Shown: positions 40,111-49,341 of the stretch, piece by piece
Numbering within the stretch: the first letter of the stretch is position 1
Layout of the letters: every line of letters begins with the position of its first letter
NCBI GenBank assembly: GCA_020860545.1
Contig: JAJBUC010000094.1
Location: forward strand, 1 to 52,461
Direction: 5' to 3'
DNA length: 52,461 bases
Origin: Oscillospiraceae bacterium
GTDB lineage: Bacteria; Bacillota; Clostridia; Oscillospirales; Oscillospiraceae
Notes under the pieces: generated by a model
The model's database searches: none
What the model was told of the DNA's origin: nothing
The model's input: only the letters and a program-made list of their open reading frames with translations
Made by a program: the position numbers and the translations under genes

Positions 40111-40917
40111 TTGGGGAAGTTTGACGGTGTGCTCTTGGCGAGCGATTTTGATGATACGCTCTACACGCAGGACGGCGTCCTGCCGGATGCGAACCGGCGG
40201 GCGGTGGAATATTTCGTATCCGAGGGGGGTTATTTTACCGTTGCGACCGGCAGAGCGCACCCGACCTTTGCCCCTTGCGCCCACCTCGTCCCCATCAATG
40301 TGCCTGTTGTACTCTCGAACGGCTCGGCGCTCTATGACTTCCGGGCGGATTACATGGTCTATGAGACCTTTCTCCCCTTGCGCGTTGCAGAGGATATGGC
40401 GCAGGTGGCCGCGCGCTTTCCCGCGCTGGGCTTTGAGGCCTATCATGGGGATGATATCTATGCCTATAATCCAAATCTTGTGACGGAAAATCATCTGGCG
40501 CGCTCGAACAGCAGCTGCATATGCTGCCCGATTGCCAACATTCCACTGCCATGGAACAAGGCGATTTTGCAGCAGAATAACGGGCTTCTGCGGCAGGTGC
40601 AGAATGACATGCTCTCCCGGTGGAGTGAGCATTATGAAGTGATTTTCTCTAACGAGGTGCTCCTTGAGCTGACACGAAAGGGGAGCAATAAGGGCGGCAT
40701 GGTGCGCTATCTTGCCGATTTGCTTGGGGTTACATCGCAGCATATCTACTGCGTGGGGGATAATCAGAACGATTTGCCGATGCTGGAAATTGCGGCGGTC
40801 GGATTCGCACCGGCGAACTGCGCGGACGAGGTGAAAAAGCTGGGCGTGAAGCGCCTCTGCCCCTGTGAGGAGGGGTGCATTGCCGAGGTGGTGGAATTTT
40901 TGGATCGGCGGTATTGA
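40111..40917 (+). CDS. Cof-type HAD-IIB family hydrolase (sugar/pyrimidine phosphatase-like), 268 aa
   Basis: Contains DFDDTL (motif I), a cap domain, and GDNQNDLPMLE (motif IV). The start is a TTG with GGGAGG 8 nt upstream, 18 nt after thiT. Confidence 0.85.
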   Translation: MGKFDGVLLASDFDDTLYTQDGVLPDANRRAVEYFVSEGGYFTVATGRAHPTFAPCAHLVPINVPVVLSNGSALYDFRADYMVYETFLPLRVAEDMAQVAARFPALGFEAYHGDDIYAYNPNLVTENHLARSNSSCICCPIANIPLPWNKAILQQNNGLLRQVQNDMLSRWSEHYEVIFSNEVLLELTRKGSNKGGMVRYLADLLGVTSQHIYCVGDNQNDLPMLEIAAVGFAPANCADEVKKLGVKRLCPCEEGCIAEVVEFLDRRY

Positions 40918-41023
40918 TACAATATCGTTTGCCATTTGTGGAGGGGGGTTCCCTCCGGCAAGCAGTACAGGCGAACAATATGGCCAACAGCCCTACTTTT
41001 TGCTATGATTTCACAGAGCTTTG

Positions 41024-41032
41024 TGATATAAT
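41024..41032 (+). promoter_or_regulatory. Extended -10 promoter element (TGaTATAAT) upstream of the ABC-F gene
   Basis: Read directly. There is no good -35 at 17 nt, which is acceptable for extended -10 promoters. Confidence 0.45.
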
Positions 41033-41068
41033 TACAAATCAATCACTTATATAAGGAGCACAGCGGCA

Positions 41069-42667
41069 ATGATTACAGTTTCGGATTTAGGCCTGCAGTA
41101 CAGCGGGCAGGCTCTTTTCACCCATGTGGATTTACAGTTTGTCAAGGGCAATTGCTACGGTGTCATCGGAGCAAACGGCGCGGGCAAATCGACGTTTTTG
41201 CGCATCCTGTCCGGCACGCTGGAGCCGACGTCCGGTGAGGTGTCCATCCTACCAAAAACCCGCATGTCGGTGTTAAAGCAGGACCAAAACGCCTACGACG
41301 CCTACAGCGTCATGGACGCGGTCATTATGGGAAATCCCCGCCTCTACGAGATTGGCGTGCAGAAGGAAGCGCTCTACGCCAAAGAGGAGATGACCGAGGA
41401 GGACGGCATCCTCGCCTGCGAGCTGGAGGAGGAATACGCCGAGCTCGGCGGCTGGGAGGCGGAGAGCGAGGCGTCGCGTATTCTGCAGGGCCTCGGTATT
41501 CCGACGGACTATCACCAGATGGGGATGAAAAATCTGGATGCCCGCATGAAGGTGAAGGTGCTGCTGGCGCAGGCGCTGTTCGGCAATCCCGATATCCTGC
41601 TGCTTGACGAGCCGACGAACAACCTTGATATCAACGCCGTCAACTGGCTGGAGGATTTTCTGCTGGATTTTGAGGGCACCGTGATTGTGGTGAGCCACGA
41701 CCGCCACTTCCTCAACACCGTCTGTACCCATACGGTGGATATTGATTTCAATAAGATTAAAATGTATGTCGGCAACTACGACTTCTGGTATGAGTCCTCT
41801 CAGCTGATGCAAAACCTTATGAAAAATCAGAATAAGCGCAACGAGGATAAAATCAAGGACTTGCAGGACTTTATCACCCGCTTTTCCGCGAACAAATCCA
41901 AGAGCAAGCAGGCGACTTCCCGCAGAAAGCTGCTCGAGAAGCTGACGGTGGAGGAGATGCCCGCCTCCTCCCGCCGCTACCCTTGGGTGGGCTTCAGCCC
42001 AGACCGCGAGGTGGGGAAGGACATTTTGTTTGTCACCGACGTCTCCAAGACGATTGACGGCGTGAAGGTGCTCGACAAGGTCAGCTTTACTGTAGAGCAC
42101 GGGGATAAAATTGCGCTGGTCGGCGACAATGAAAATGCCCACACGGCGCTCTTCCGGATTTTGGCGGGAGAAATGGAGCCGGATGAGGGCACGGTCAAGT
42201 GGGGCCAGACGGCGACCTGCTCCTATTTTCCAAAAGACAACACACCCTATTTTCAGGACTGCGACGACAATCTCGTGGAGTGGCTGCGGCAATACTCACC
42301 TGACCCACACGAGGCGTATCTGCGCGGATTTTTGGGGCGGATGCTCTTTTCGGGCGATGACGTCTATAAGCCGGTCAAGGTGCTCTCCGGCGGCGAAAAG
42401 GTGCGCTGTATGCTCTCGCGCATGATGCTCTCCGGCGCGAATGTGCTGATGCTCGACCAGCCGACCAACCATCTGGATCTTGAGTCCATCGCGGCGCTCA
42501 ACAACGGGCTTGAGGCGGTGCGCTGCAATATCCTCTTTGCCTCGCATGACCATCAGCTGGTGCAGACGGTGGCCAACCGGGTGTTTGACTTCACCGTCGA
42601 CGGCGGTCTGATCGACCGGAAGATGGCCTATGACGAATATCTTGCGCGTGCGGCGGCGGAGGCCTGA
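41069..42667 (+). CDS. ABC-F family ATPase (two ABC domains, no TMD; YbiT/EttA-like translation factor class), 532 aa
   Basis: Two Walker A motifs (GANGAGKST and an atypical second site), two LSGGE signatures, and an inter-domain linker. No membrane domain is present. Confidence 0.9.
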   Translation: MITVSDLGLQYSGQALFTHVDLQFVKGNCYGVIGANGAGKSTFLRILSGTLEPTSGEVSILPKTRMSVLKQDQNAYDAYSVMDAVIMGNPRLYEIGVQKEALYAKEEMTEEDGILACELEEEYAELGGWEAESEASRILQGLGIPTDYHQMGMKNLDARMKVKVLLAQALFGNPDILLLDEPTNNLDINAVNWLEDFLLDFEGTVIVVSHDRHFLNTVCTHTVDIDFNKIKMYVGNYDFWYESSQLMQNLMKNQNKRNEDKIKDLQDFITRFSANKSKSKQATSRRKLLEKLTVEEMPASSRRYPWVGFSPDREVGKDILFVTDVSKTIDGVKVLDKVSFTVEHGDKIALVGDNENAHTALFRILAGEMEPDEGTVKWGQTATCSYFPKDNTPYFQDCDDNLVEWLRQYSPDPHEAYLRGFLGRMLFSGDDVYKPVKVLSGGEKVRCMLSRMMLSGANVLMLDQPTNHLDLESIAALNNGLEAVRCNILFASHDHQLVQTVANRVFDFTVDGGLIDRKMAYDEYLARAAAEA

Positions 42668-42687
42668 GCACATTGCGAGATGAAAGG

Positions 42688-43536
42688 ATGGAACAGAAAG
42701 CTATGCGGAAAGAAATTGTGTTGCCGGTCATCGCGGCTGCAGGTGGTGTGGCGGGATTTTTCCTGCGCCGTTGGGAGCTCGCCACCGCGTTTGAAAGCGA
42801 CACCGGGCTGCAGATTGCAGGGATGCCCGCGACGTACGCGCTCCTTTTGCTCTCCGCCGTGATGGTGGTGGTGTTTCTGCTGCTCGGGCGCAGTAAAGCA
42901 CCCTTTCAGGGCGGGTATTACGAGGCGTTTTACATGAAGGGAAACCGGGTTTTCGCAGTCATCAACACGGTGGCGGCGTTTCTGCTGCTGATTTCTGGGT
43001 TCCTGAACCTGTATGGCTATGCGAGCCATACCCACACCTCTTTGATCCGCGTGCTGCTGGGATTTTTGTGTATTATCACCTTTATTTTTGTCCTCGTGCT
43101 TACGCGGGATAATCTGCGCGGCTTAGGCAGCGGAAAGTTCCGCTTTTCCCTGCTGGTGCCGGCGTATAATTTCTGCCTGTGGCTGATCTGTGCCTATCAG
43201 GAGCGGGCGGTTGACCCGGTTATCGGCGACTATGTCTACCAGATGTTTGCGATTATCGCCTCGCTTCTGGGGCTGTACTTTATCGCAAGCTTTTCCTTCG
43301 GGCGGGGCAGAGTGGCGGCGACCGGCATTATGTCCGGCCTCGGGGTTTATTTTTCTATCGTCGCGATGGCGGATCGCACTGACACCGCGACAAAGCTGCT
43401 GCTCGGGTTTGCCATCCTCTATCTGCTGGTCGGGATGGTGTCCATGTATGCAAATATCCGCTGCCGCACAGGTGCGCCTGTGGCGGAGGCAACAGAGCCT
43501 GAAATGACAGAGGAGGCGCCTTCTCATGAAACGTAG
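42688..43536 (+). CDS. Polytopic membrane protein of unknown function, about 282 aa
   Basis: It has about seven hydrophobic segments. The start is ambiguous (TTG 42673, ATG 42688 or ATG 42703). The 3' end overlaps metG by 11 nt. Confidence 0.65.
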   Translation: MEQKAMRKEIVLPVIAAAGGVAGFFLRRWELATAFESDTGLQIAGMPATYALLLLSAVMVVVFLLLGRSKAPFQGGYYEAFYMKGNRVFAVINTVAAFLLLISGFLNLYGYASHTHTSLIRVLLGFLCIITFIFVLVLTRDNLRGLGSGKFRFSLLVPAYNFCLWLICAYQERAVDPVIGDYVYQMFAIIASLLGLYFIASFSFGRGRVAATGIMSGLGVYFSIVAMADRTDTATKLLLGFAILYLLVGMVSMYANIRCRTGAPVAEATEPEMTEEAPSHET

Positions 43537-45463
43537 GCAATATTATATTACAACACCCATCTACTACCCGTCCGACAAGCTGCACATCGGGCATGCATAC
43601 TGCACCGTCGCGGCAGACGTTATGGCGCGCTATAAGCGACTGCAGGGCCATGACGTGATGTTCCTGACGGGTACGGATGAGCACGGGCAGAAGATTGAAC
43701 AGAAAGCGCGCGAGGCGAAGGTCTCCCCGCAGCAGTTTGTCGACCGGGTTGTCACGGGCAAGGGCGGCGTGCTCGACCTGTGGAATCTGATGAATATCAG
43801 CAATGACCGCTTTATCCGCACGACTGACGACTACCATGTGGAGTCGGTGCAGAAGATCTTTCGCAGGCTGCATCAGCAGGGGGATATTTATAAGGGCAAG
43901 TACGTCGGAAAATACTGCACCGACTGTGAGGCGTTCTGGACGGAGACGCAGCTGCAGGACGGGAAATGCCCCGACTGCGGACGGCCCGTAAAGGACGCCG
44001 AGGAGGAGGCGTACTTTTTCCGCCTGTCCAAGTATCAGGACAGGCTCGAGAAGCTGTATGAGGAGAATCCGACGTTTTTGGAGCCCGCCTCCCGCCGCAA
44101 CGAGATGATCAATAACTTTTTAAAGCCGGGGCTGGAAGACCTGTGTGTCTCGCGCACCTCCTTTTCGTGGGGCATCATGGTGGACTTTGACCCGAAGCAT
44201 GTGGTCTACGTCTGGGTGGACGCGCTGACCAACTATATCACGGCGCTCGGATATCAGAACGGGAAGTATGAGGATTTCCATGCCTTTTGGCCTGCCAACG
44301 TCCACTTTGTGGGCAAGGAGATTGTCCGCTTCCATGCCCTCATCTGGCCTGCGCTTTTGATGGCGCTGGATCTGCCCCTGCCGGAAAAGGTGTTTGGTCA
44401 CGGCTGGCTTCTGCTCGACGGCGGGAAGATGTCCAAGTCCAAGGGGAATGTGGTCGATCCCTATCTACTCGCAAACCGCTACGGTGTGGACGCGCTGCGC
44501 TATTTCCTGCTGCGCGAATTCCCCTTCGGGACGGACGGGAACTTCTCCAATGAGGCGCTCATCTCCCGCATCAATGTGGATCTTGCGAACGATCTCGGCA
44601 ATCTGGTCTCCCGCACCATTGCGATGGTGGACAAATATTTTGGCGGGCAGCTGCCGGAGACGCAGGCGGAGGACGAGGCGCAGGACAGGGAACTGACCGA
44701 TCTCGCGCGTGCGCTGCAAAGCGCCTATGAAGCGCAGATGGAGGCATTTGCCTTCCAGAACGCGCTTGTGGAGATCTTTCAGCTGATTGGGCGGGCCAAT
44801 AAATATATCGACGAGACGGCACCGTGGGTGCTCGCCAAGGACGAGGCAAACCGCCCCCGTCTCGCGCGCGTGCTCTACAATCTGCTGGAGAGCATCCGTA
44901 TTTGTACGGTATTGCTCACCCCCTTTCTGCCCAAAACTGCGGAGGAAATCTTTCTGGAGATCGGTGCCGCGCCGGAAAACACGACGTGGGAATCGGCAGC
45001 GGAGTGGGGGCTTTTGCCGCGCAATGTCGTCATCGTAAAGGGCCCGGCTCTCTTCCCGCGCATTGACGCGGAGCAGGAGCTCGCGGCGCTCTCGGCGCTT
45101 GCGCCGTCCGCCGGCGCGCAGGAGCATGCGCCCGCGGAGGAGATCGGCTTTGAGACGTTCGAAAAGGTGGAGATGACGGTCTGTAAGGTGCTCGCGTGCG
45201 AGCGGGTGAAAAAGAGCGATAAGCTGCTGAAATTCACGTTGGACGACGGCACGGCTCAGCCGCGCCAGATTCTCTCCGGCATCGCGAAGTACTACGCGCC
45301 CGAGGAGCTGGTGGGAAAAACCGTCGTGGCGTGCACCAACCTCGCGCCCCGCAAGATGATGGGACAGCAGTCCTGCGGTATGCTGCTCTCGGCGGAGCAG
45401 GGGGAAAGCCTGACGCTGCTGCTGCTCGACGATGCGATCCCCGCGGGGGCAAAGCTGTGCTGA
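43526..45463 (+). CDS. metG: Methionine--tRNA ligase with a C-terminal tRNA-binding (Trbp111/EMAP-like) domain, 645 aa
   Basis: Contains the HIGH variant (KLHIGHAY), KMSKS, the Zn knuckle CTDCEAFW...CPDCG, and a C-terminal segment KVEMTVCKVLACERVKKSDKLLKFTLDDG. Confidence 0.96.
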   Translation: MKRRQYYITTPIYYPSDKLHIGHAYCTVAADVMARYKRLQGHDVMFLTGTDEHGQKIEQKAREAKVSPQQFVDRVVTGKGGVLDLWNLMNISNDRFIRTTDDYHVESVQKIFRRLHQQGDIYKGKYVGKYCTDCEAFWTETQLQDGKCPDCGRPVKDAEEEAYFFRLSKYQDRLEKLYEENPTFLEPASRRNEMINNFLKPGLEDLCVSRTSFSWGIMVDFDPKHVVYVWVDALTNYITALGYQNGKYEDFHAFWPANVHFVGKEIVRFHALIWPALLMALDLPLPEKVFGHGWLLLDGGKMSKSKGNVVDPYLLANRYGVDALRYFLLREFPFGTDGNFSNEALISRINVDLANDLGNLVSRTIAMVDKYFGGQLPETQAEDEAQDRELTDLARALQSAYEAQMEAFAFQNALVEIFQLIGRANKYIDETAPWVLAKDEANRPRLARVLYNLLESIRICTVLLTPFLPKTAEEIFLEIGAAPENTTWESAAEWGLLPRNVVIVKGPALFPRIDAEQELAALSALAPSAGAQEHAPAEEIGFETFEKVEMTVCKVLACERVKKSDKLLKFTLDDGTAQPRQILSGIAKYYAPEELVGKTVVACTNLAPRKMMGQQSCGMLLSAEQGESLTLLLLDDAIPAGAKLC

Positions 45464-45482
45464 CTTGGTGCTGGAATAGCCC

Positions 45483-45523
45483 GCGGCGGTGCCGAAAAAT
45501 GGATCCGGGCACCGCCGCTTTTT
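45483..45523 (+). terminator. Rho-independent terminator of metG
   Basis: GCGGCGGTGCC-14 nt-GGCACCGCCGC forms an 11-bp stem and is followed by TTTTT. Confidence 0.85.
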
Positions 45524-45531
45524 ATGTATTG

Positions 45532-45750
45532 ATTGACAATATCCATTTTTTATGAAATACTTTAACTGAATAAAATAGATCTTCGAGCGTATCCGGCTAA
45601 GGGCGATGCCTAGGCCGGGTGCGCCAGGCAGTGACAGCTGCCTCGGGGCTTTTGCGGAAACGCGAATGCCTGCCCACGTTGCGCAGGAGATTTTCAGAAT
45701 GGTCCGTTATCCATGGGCGCATTCCGCATCTTCTGATGCGGAATTTTTTA
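45532..45750 (+). promoter_or_regulatory. Promoter-like site plus a long structured leader ending in an intrinsic terminator (riboswitch/attenuator-like) upstream of the 880-aa protein
   Basis: TTGACA (45532-37), then 17 nt, then AATACT. In the leader, gcgtatccggc pairs with gccgggtgcgc over 11 bp including two G.U pairs. The terminator is ATTCCGCATC-ttct-GATGCGGAAT plus TTTTTT (45721-45750), 38 nt before the GTG start. An alternative pairing GCGAATGC / GCATTCCGC could act as an antiterminator. Confidence 0.5.
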
Positions 45751-45788
45751 TTGTCCGCATTATTTATATCATTGGGAGGAAAATAACT

Positions 45789-48431
45789 GTGAAAAAAAGA
45801 TTGCTACCCTATCTGCTCAGCGCTGCCCTGGTGCTGGCAATCGCGCTGCCCTTGGTGCCGGCATATGCGGCGGATACATATTCCCCGCGTTTTCCGACTG
45901 GAGCAATGGATGTTACCAGCACAACCGATGGCTCGGCACGCTATCTCACCACACTGACCCAGCAGGACGCCAGCTTGATTCCTCTCGTGTTTGGAGTGAA
46001 TGTCATAGGCGGCGATATGGACCCGATGTTTCAAGAATTGGCGGGGACGGAGGTGAATATTTACCCTGACCCCTATGTGTGGAACTACAATTACGAGGAA
46101 AATACCGGGCGTTTACTTCCAGACGGCACCGCTTATAGCGACTTCGGCAACATAGGTGTGGACGCAAACGGTTTGTTCGCCTCCGGCGGTGCCAACCAGA
46201 CCTACGTTGAGCCGCAGGAGGACTATGGTGGTACAGGCTATGCGGTTGGTTGCCGCTCCGACGTTATCATCGGCTTTCAGTCCCTGTTATATGACCAGAT
46301 AGACCTTGTCAACTCATGGCGTGCAGGGTATGAATTTTATCAGGCAGGGGATGAGGACTACCGTCCGCTTATCCTCGATGTGCAGACCGGCTCCGTGACC
46401 TCCCGCCTGTACGCGTGGGCGGAGATGGGGCAGGCGCTCTCCGCATATCTGGACGCAGATGAGAATGAAGACATGGGCGTCCGCTATGGCGATCCCCATG
46501 CCATTGCGGTGGATCTGGAGGCGTTTTCCGCCGGGATCCCCTACTACATCGCGTCCCTGATTGCGAGCGGAGATATAGATAAGAAAACCATGGCCTATAT
46601 TGCTTCGATTGATGGTGCAACCTTGACCGCTGTGGATCCCGGTATGCTGGGGAATGTTACGTCCGACCTTTTTGCCGAGGTGAACAATTTCAACTTTCTG
46701 GAGGGCCATTGCACCCTTTCGGATCTGATGGCTGCGGACGTAGACGTCATTGTCCTTGGCGTCTTCGGCAACAGCTATGTCGGCGGAGGGGAGGAGAACA
46801 GCAAAGTTGACGCCGACAAGCTTAGGATCATCAACGACCTGTATGACTTGGGTTATTCCGCCGAGGAGTTTCCCCTGATCATGGACGCTGACACCATCAG
46901 CGTTATGGTTGGAGAATACGGCTACGGCAACTCCCCCATTACGCCCCTGCTCATGCCATACATTCAGGCGTATGCTTATATGGATGAGCTGGATAGCATT
47001 AATTCAGCTATCAATCCCGTGGCCATGGTTCAGTTTGCAACAGAAATGTTCTTCCATACAACAGAAGATGCCGCCGCTGATGTTGCCGGCTACTACATTG
47101 ACGCGCACTGGGATTCTGTCGCCCCGTACTATGACCAGGTTCCGGAGCTGGAAAACTATACGTATGACAAAAATGCCATCATCGCGGCGATACAGGAGGG
47201 CGTTCAATACGCACTTTCCGGTGCAGCAGAGAAGAACGGCAATCTGCTGCTGGGGGCCTACCGGACAACAGACAATGCCTACTCCATCCTGACGGAATAT
47301 ACGCAAAATTACAAAACAAGTCAAGCTAATTACATAAAACTTACGGTGGAAGGTCAAACCAGATATCTGGATTTAGACGCCCTGTCAACCGCTTCCATAA
47401 ACGATGCTTCCGGTAGCGCAATCATTTCCTATTATGAAGATGGTGTTTTCAACTACGGCGCCGACCTTCAAACAACCCTGCAAAACTATGCCGACCACAT
47501 GCAGGAGCACGTTTGGCAGCCCGACACGACTGTTCCCGGAACCTGCTGTTACGGGATGACAGCCGACACGAACAATAGTAGTGATAGTCAACTGTCAGAA
47601 GGCACGCAGGTGTTGCTCAGCGCCGGTTGGACACAGGAGGAAATTGATGATTTGCTTTCAGACGATGTGATCAGGGGCTATGCGGACACAACATTCGCCG
47701 GAGAGTCAGAAAAGCAGTACTTCAAAGTGTCGGACGATGGAACGATTTATTCGCTGTCTGAAACGGACTGCCTGCAGCAGGTCTTTGCGATTAAGCAGCA
47801 GGAGGCGGCATCTAACCTGATCTCTGCGGCGAGCATCGCCGTAGGGGATACAGATCAGTCTGAAGTAACTACTTCAGATGGCTACATGGTCTACTATGTA
47901 CAGGCATATAGAAAGAGCAATGATGAGTTTATTATATCCGCAAGATTTGAATGGATTATCACTCCTTTTTATAAGAATGTCGATGTGTTCGGGTTGGGGC
48001 ATGACGACAAACTGACGCAAATAGATGATAGTGCGTACTACGCATTTAAGTATACAGTTTACGAGACCATGGGCGGCAAGTCTTACCCCGTCGATTATTA
48101 TTCCACAAACACACCCACCAAAATACAAGTAGATGAAGGCGGCACCGTAATCAGTCAGGATCTATCTGCCAATTGGTCTGTTTGGGGTACGCATACCGGA
48201 CTGGTGCGCAAAAACTTCACGGGATATATTCAGTATCAGGTAAGAGCAGCATATACGAATACCGCCACCATCAATACAGCAGCATTGATCTACGCTGAGT
48301 ACTATCATCAGAAAAAGGCCGTGAGTGTATCACCGTCCATCGGCTATCCGGCGAATGTGTCCATATCAGCCAATATGGAAAGTTACTTTGACCAGATGAG
48401 CCCGAATCCGGCTCTCACTTTGGTATTTTAA
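45789..48431 (+). CDS. Secreted protein of unknown function, 880 aa
   Basis: The GTG at 45789 lies 8 nt after GGGAGGA. The signal peptide is KKRLLPYLLSAALVLAIALPLVPAYA/AD. The gene is more AT-rich than its flanks. I recognised no anchoring or catalytic motif. The 61 upstream in-frame codons in the track cover the leader and terminator and are not taken as coding. Confidence 0.8.
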   Translation: MKKRLLPYLLSAALVLAIALPLVPAYAADTYSPRFPTGAMDVTSTTDGSARYLTTLTQQDASLIPLVFGVNVIGGDMDPMFQELAGTEVNIYPDPYVWNYNYEENTGRLLPDGTAYSDFGNIGVDANGLFASGGANQTYVEPQEDYGGTGYAVGCRSDVIIGFQSLLYDQIDLVNSWRAGYEFYQAGDEDYRPLILDVQTGSVTSRLYAWAEMGQALSAYLDADENEDMGVRYGDPHAIAVDLEAFSAGIPYYIASLIASGDIDKKTMAYIASIDGATLTAVDPGMLGNVTSDLFAEVNNFNFLEGHCTLSDLMAADVDVIVLGVFGNSYVGGGEENSKVDADKLRIINDLYDLGYSAEEFPLIMDADTISVMVGEYGYGNSPITPLLMPYIQAYAYMDELDSINSAINPVAMVQFATEMFFHTTEDAAADVAGYYIDAHWDSVAPYYDQVPELENYTYDKNAIIAAIQEGVQYALSGAAEKNGNLLLGAYRTTDNAYSILTEYTQNYKTSQANYIKLTVEGQTRYLDLDALSTASINDASGSAIISYYEDGVFNYGADLQTTLQNYADHMQEHVWQPDTTVPGTCCYGMTADTNNSSDSQLSEGTQVLLSAGWTQEEIDDLLSDDVIRGYADTTFAGESEKQYFKVSDDGTIYSLSETDCLQQVFAIKQQEAASNLISAASIAVGDTDQSEVTTSDGYMVYYVQAYRKSNDEFIISARFEWIITPFYKNVDVFGLGHDDKLTQIDDSAYYAFKYTVYETMGGKSYPVDYYSTNTPTKIQVDEGGTVISQDLSANWSVWGTHTGLVRKNFTGYIQYQVRAAYTNTATINTAALIYAEYYHQKKAVSVSPSIGYPANVSISANMESYFDQMSPNPALTLVF

Positions 48432-48907
48432 TGATGAGAACGAAAATGATTGGGTTGCTGTCCGTTCTATGCTGTGTGCTGTTCGTTATCCTCCTTATTT
48501 TGGGTCGGCAATATACGTATCTGCGTGGTGAGCGAGACTTTATTTTACATAATGTGGATACCATATTTGAATCCACATTCTCCCGCTTATATACAGATAT
48601 TTTTCAAAATGACAATTCAAGCATTGACCCTGCACGCGATGCCACCTATGCGGCGGACGGGAAGTATTGCCGGACGCTCTATACCCTGAGTTCCTATTCA
48701 GACCAAAACAAAATGTTACAATCAATTGTATATGCCATGGCGGGGATGGTGGGACCAAACCCAGAAAACCGATCTTATGAGGTAATCACAGACCAGGAGT
48801 TGATAGCCGATTTATCATATTTACGTTTACACCTTGACGATGTGGACCTGACAAACGAAGTATGGGAAAGGCTTTCCGCGCAGCTAATACCTATAGAGTC
48901 GGAATAA
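48431..48907 (+). CDS. N-terminally membrane-anchored protein of unknown function, 158 aa
   Basis: The start overlaps the upstream stop (TAATG). There is one TM helix (IGLLSVLCCVLFVILLILG) followed by an acidic soluble domain. I recognise no family. Confidence 0.7.
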   Translation: MMRTKMIGLLSVLCCVLFVILLILGRQYTYLRGERDFILHNVDTIFESTFSRLYTDIFQNDNSSIDPARDATYAADGKYCRTLYTLSSYSDQNKMLQSIVYAMAGMVGPNPENRSYEVITDQELIADLSYLRLHLDDVDLTNEVWERLSAQLIPIESE

Positions 48908-49093
48908 GAACACTTCCCCCTGCAAAGGGATATTGTAACATTGAGAGACTAGTTAGCATATGACATTGACGACACGGAAAAACAGCTGAAATGCTTGCTG
49001 TATTCAAAGCCCAACTGCAGCCGATAGAGACAGCTGAGTGAGTAGAAAAAGCGCTGCCGTACTATAAATTATTACAAGGTAATTTAAAGGCGA

Positions 49094-49134
49094 GCCGAGG
49101 GACTGTTTTACAGACGCCTCGGCTTTGCTTTGTT
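49094..49134 (+). terminator. Rho-independent terminator closing the two-gene cassette
   Basis: GCCGAGG-16 nt-CCTCGGC is followed by TTTGCTTTGTT. Confidence 0.6.
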
Positions 49135-49248
49135 GTAAGGAATTCTCTTACCTCAATTTTGCCTGTACCTCTGTGCGGATGATCCGCATTTCTGCATTAA
49201 TAAAGAGCCAATCCTGCAATAATGCATGCCATTATAGGGCAAATTTGC

Positions 49249-49277
49249 TTGACAGGGACGCGGATGGGCTATAAAAT
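49249..49277 (+). promoter_or_regulatory. Sigma-A promoter upstream of rny
   Basis: -35 TTGACA (49249-54), a 17-nt spacer, then -10 TAAAAT (49272-77). Confidence 0.55.
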
Positions 49278-49341
49278 AGAACTGTATAGAACTTTTTGTG
49301 AATTTGGCATAGCATTAAGTAAACTGTACATAGCTGCATGA

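Noticed and set aside
39529-40935. 468-aa minus-strand ORF spanning thiT and the HAD gene
   Set aside because: It is antisense to two well-supported genes and crosses their intergenic region. Its sequence is low in complexity.
41273-42292. 339-aa minus-strand ORF inside the ABC-F gene
   Set aside because: It is a mirror ORF opposite a gene with clear Walker and signature motifs.
45560-45750. Cobalamin riboswitch in the leader of the 880-aa protein. This was tempting because of the faint solute-binding-protein-like motifs.
   Set aside because: No GCCACTG, GGTGNAAATCC or AGYCAGGANACCTGCC (B12-box) elements are present. GCCAGGCAGTGACAGCTGCC is only a loose resemblance. I kept it as an unclassified structured leader.
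45606-45788. 61-codon N-terminal extension of the large ORF, including an ATG at 45699 with AGGAG 9 nt upstream
   Set aside because: The extension would place 30-60 residues in front of a textbook signal peptide, and it would translate through a strong terminator hairpin. The GTG at 45789 with GGGAGGA fits better. A short upstream leader ORF cannot be fully excluded.
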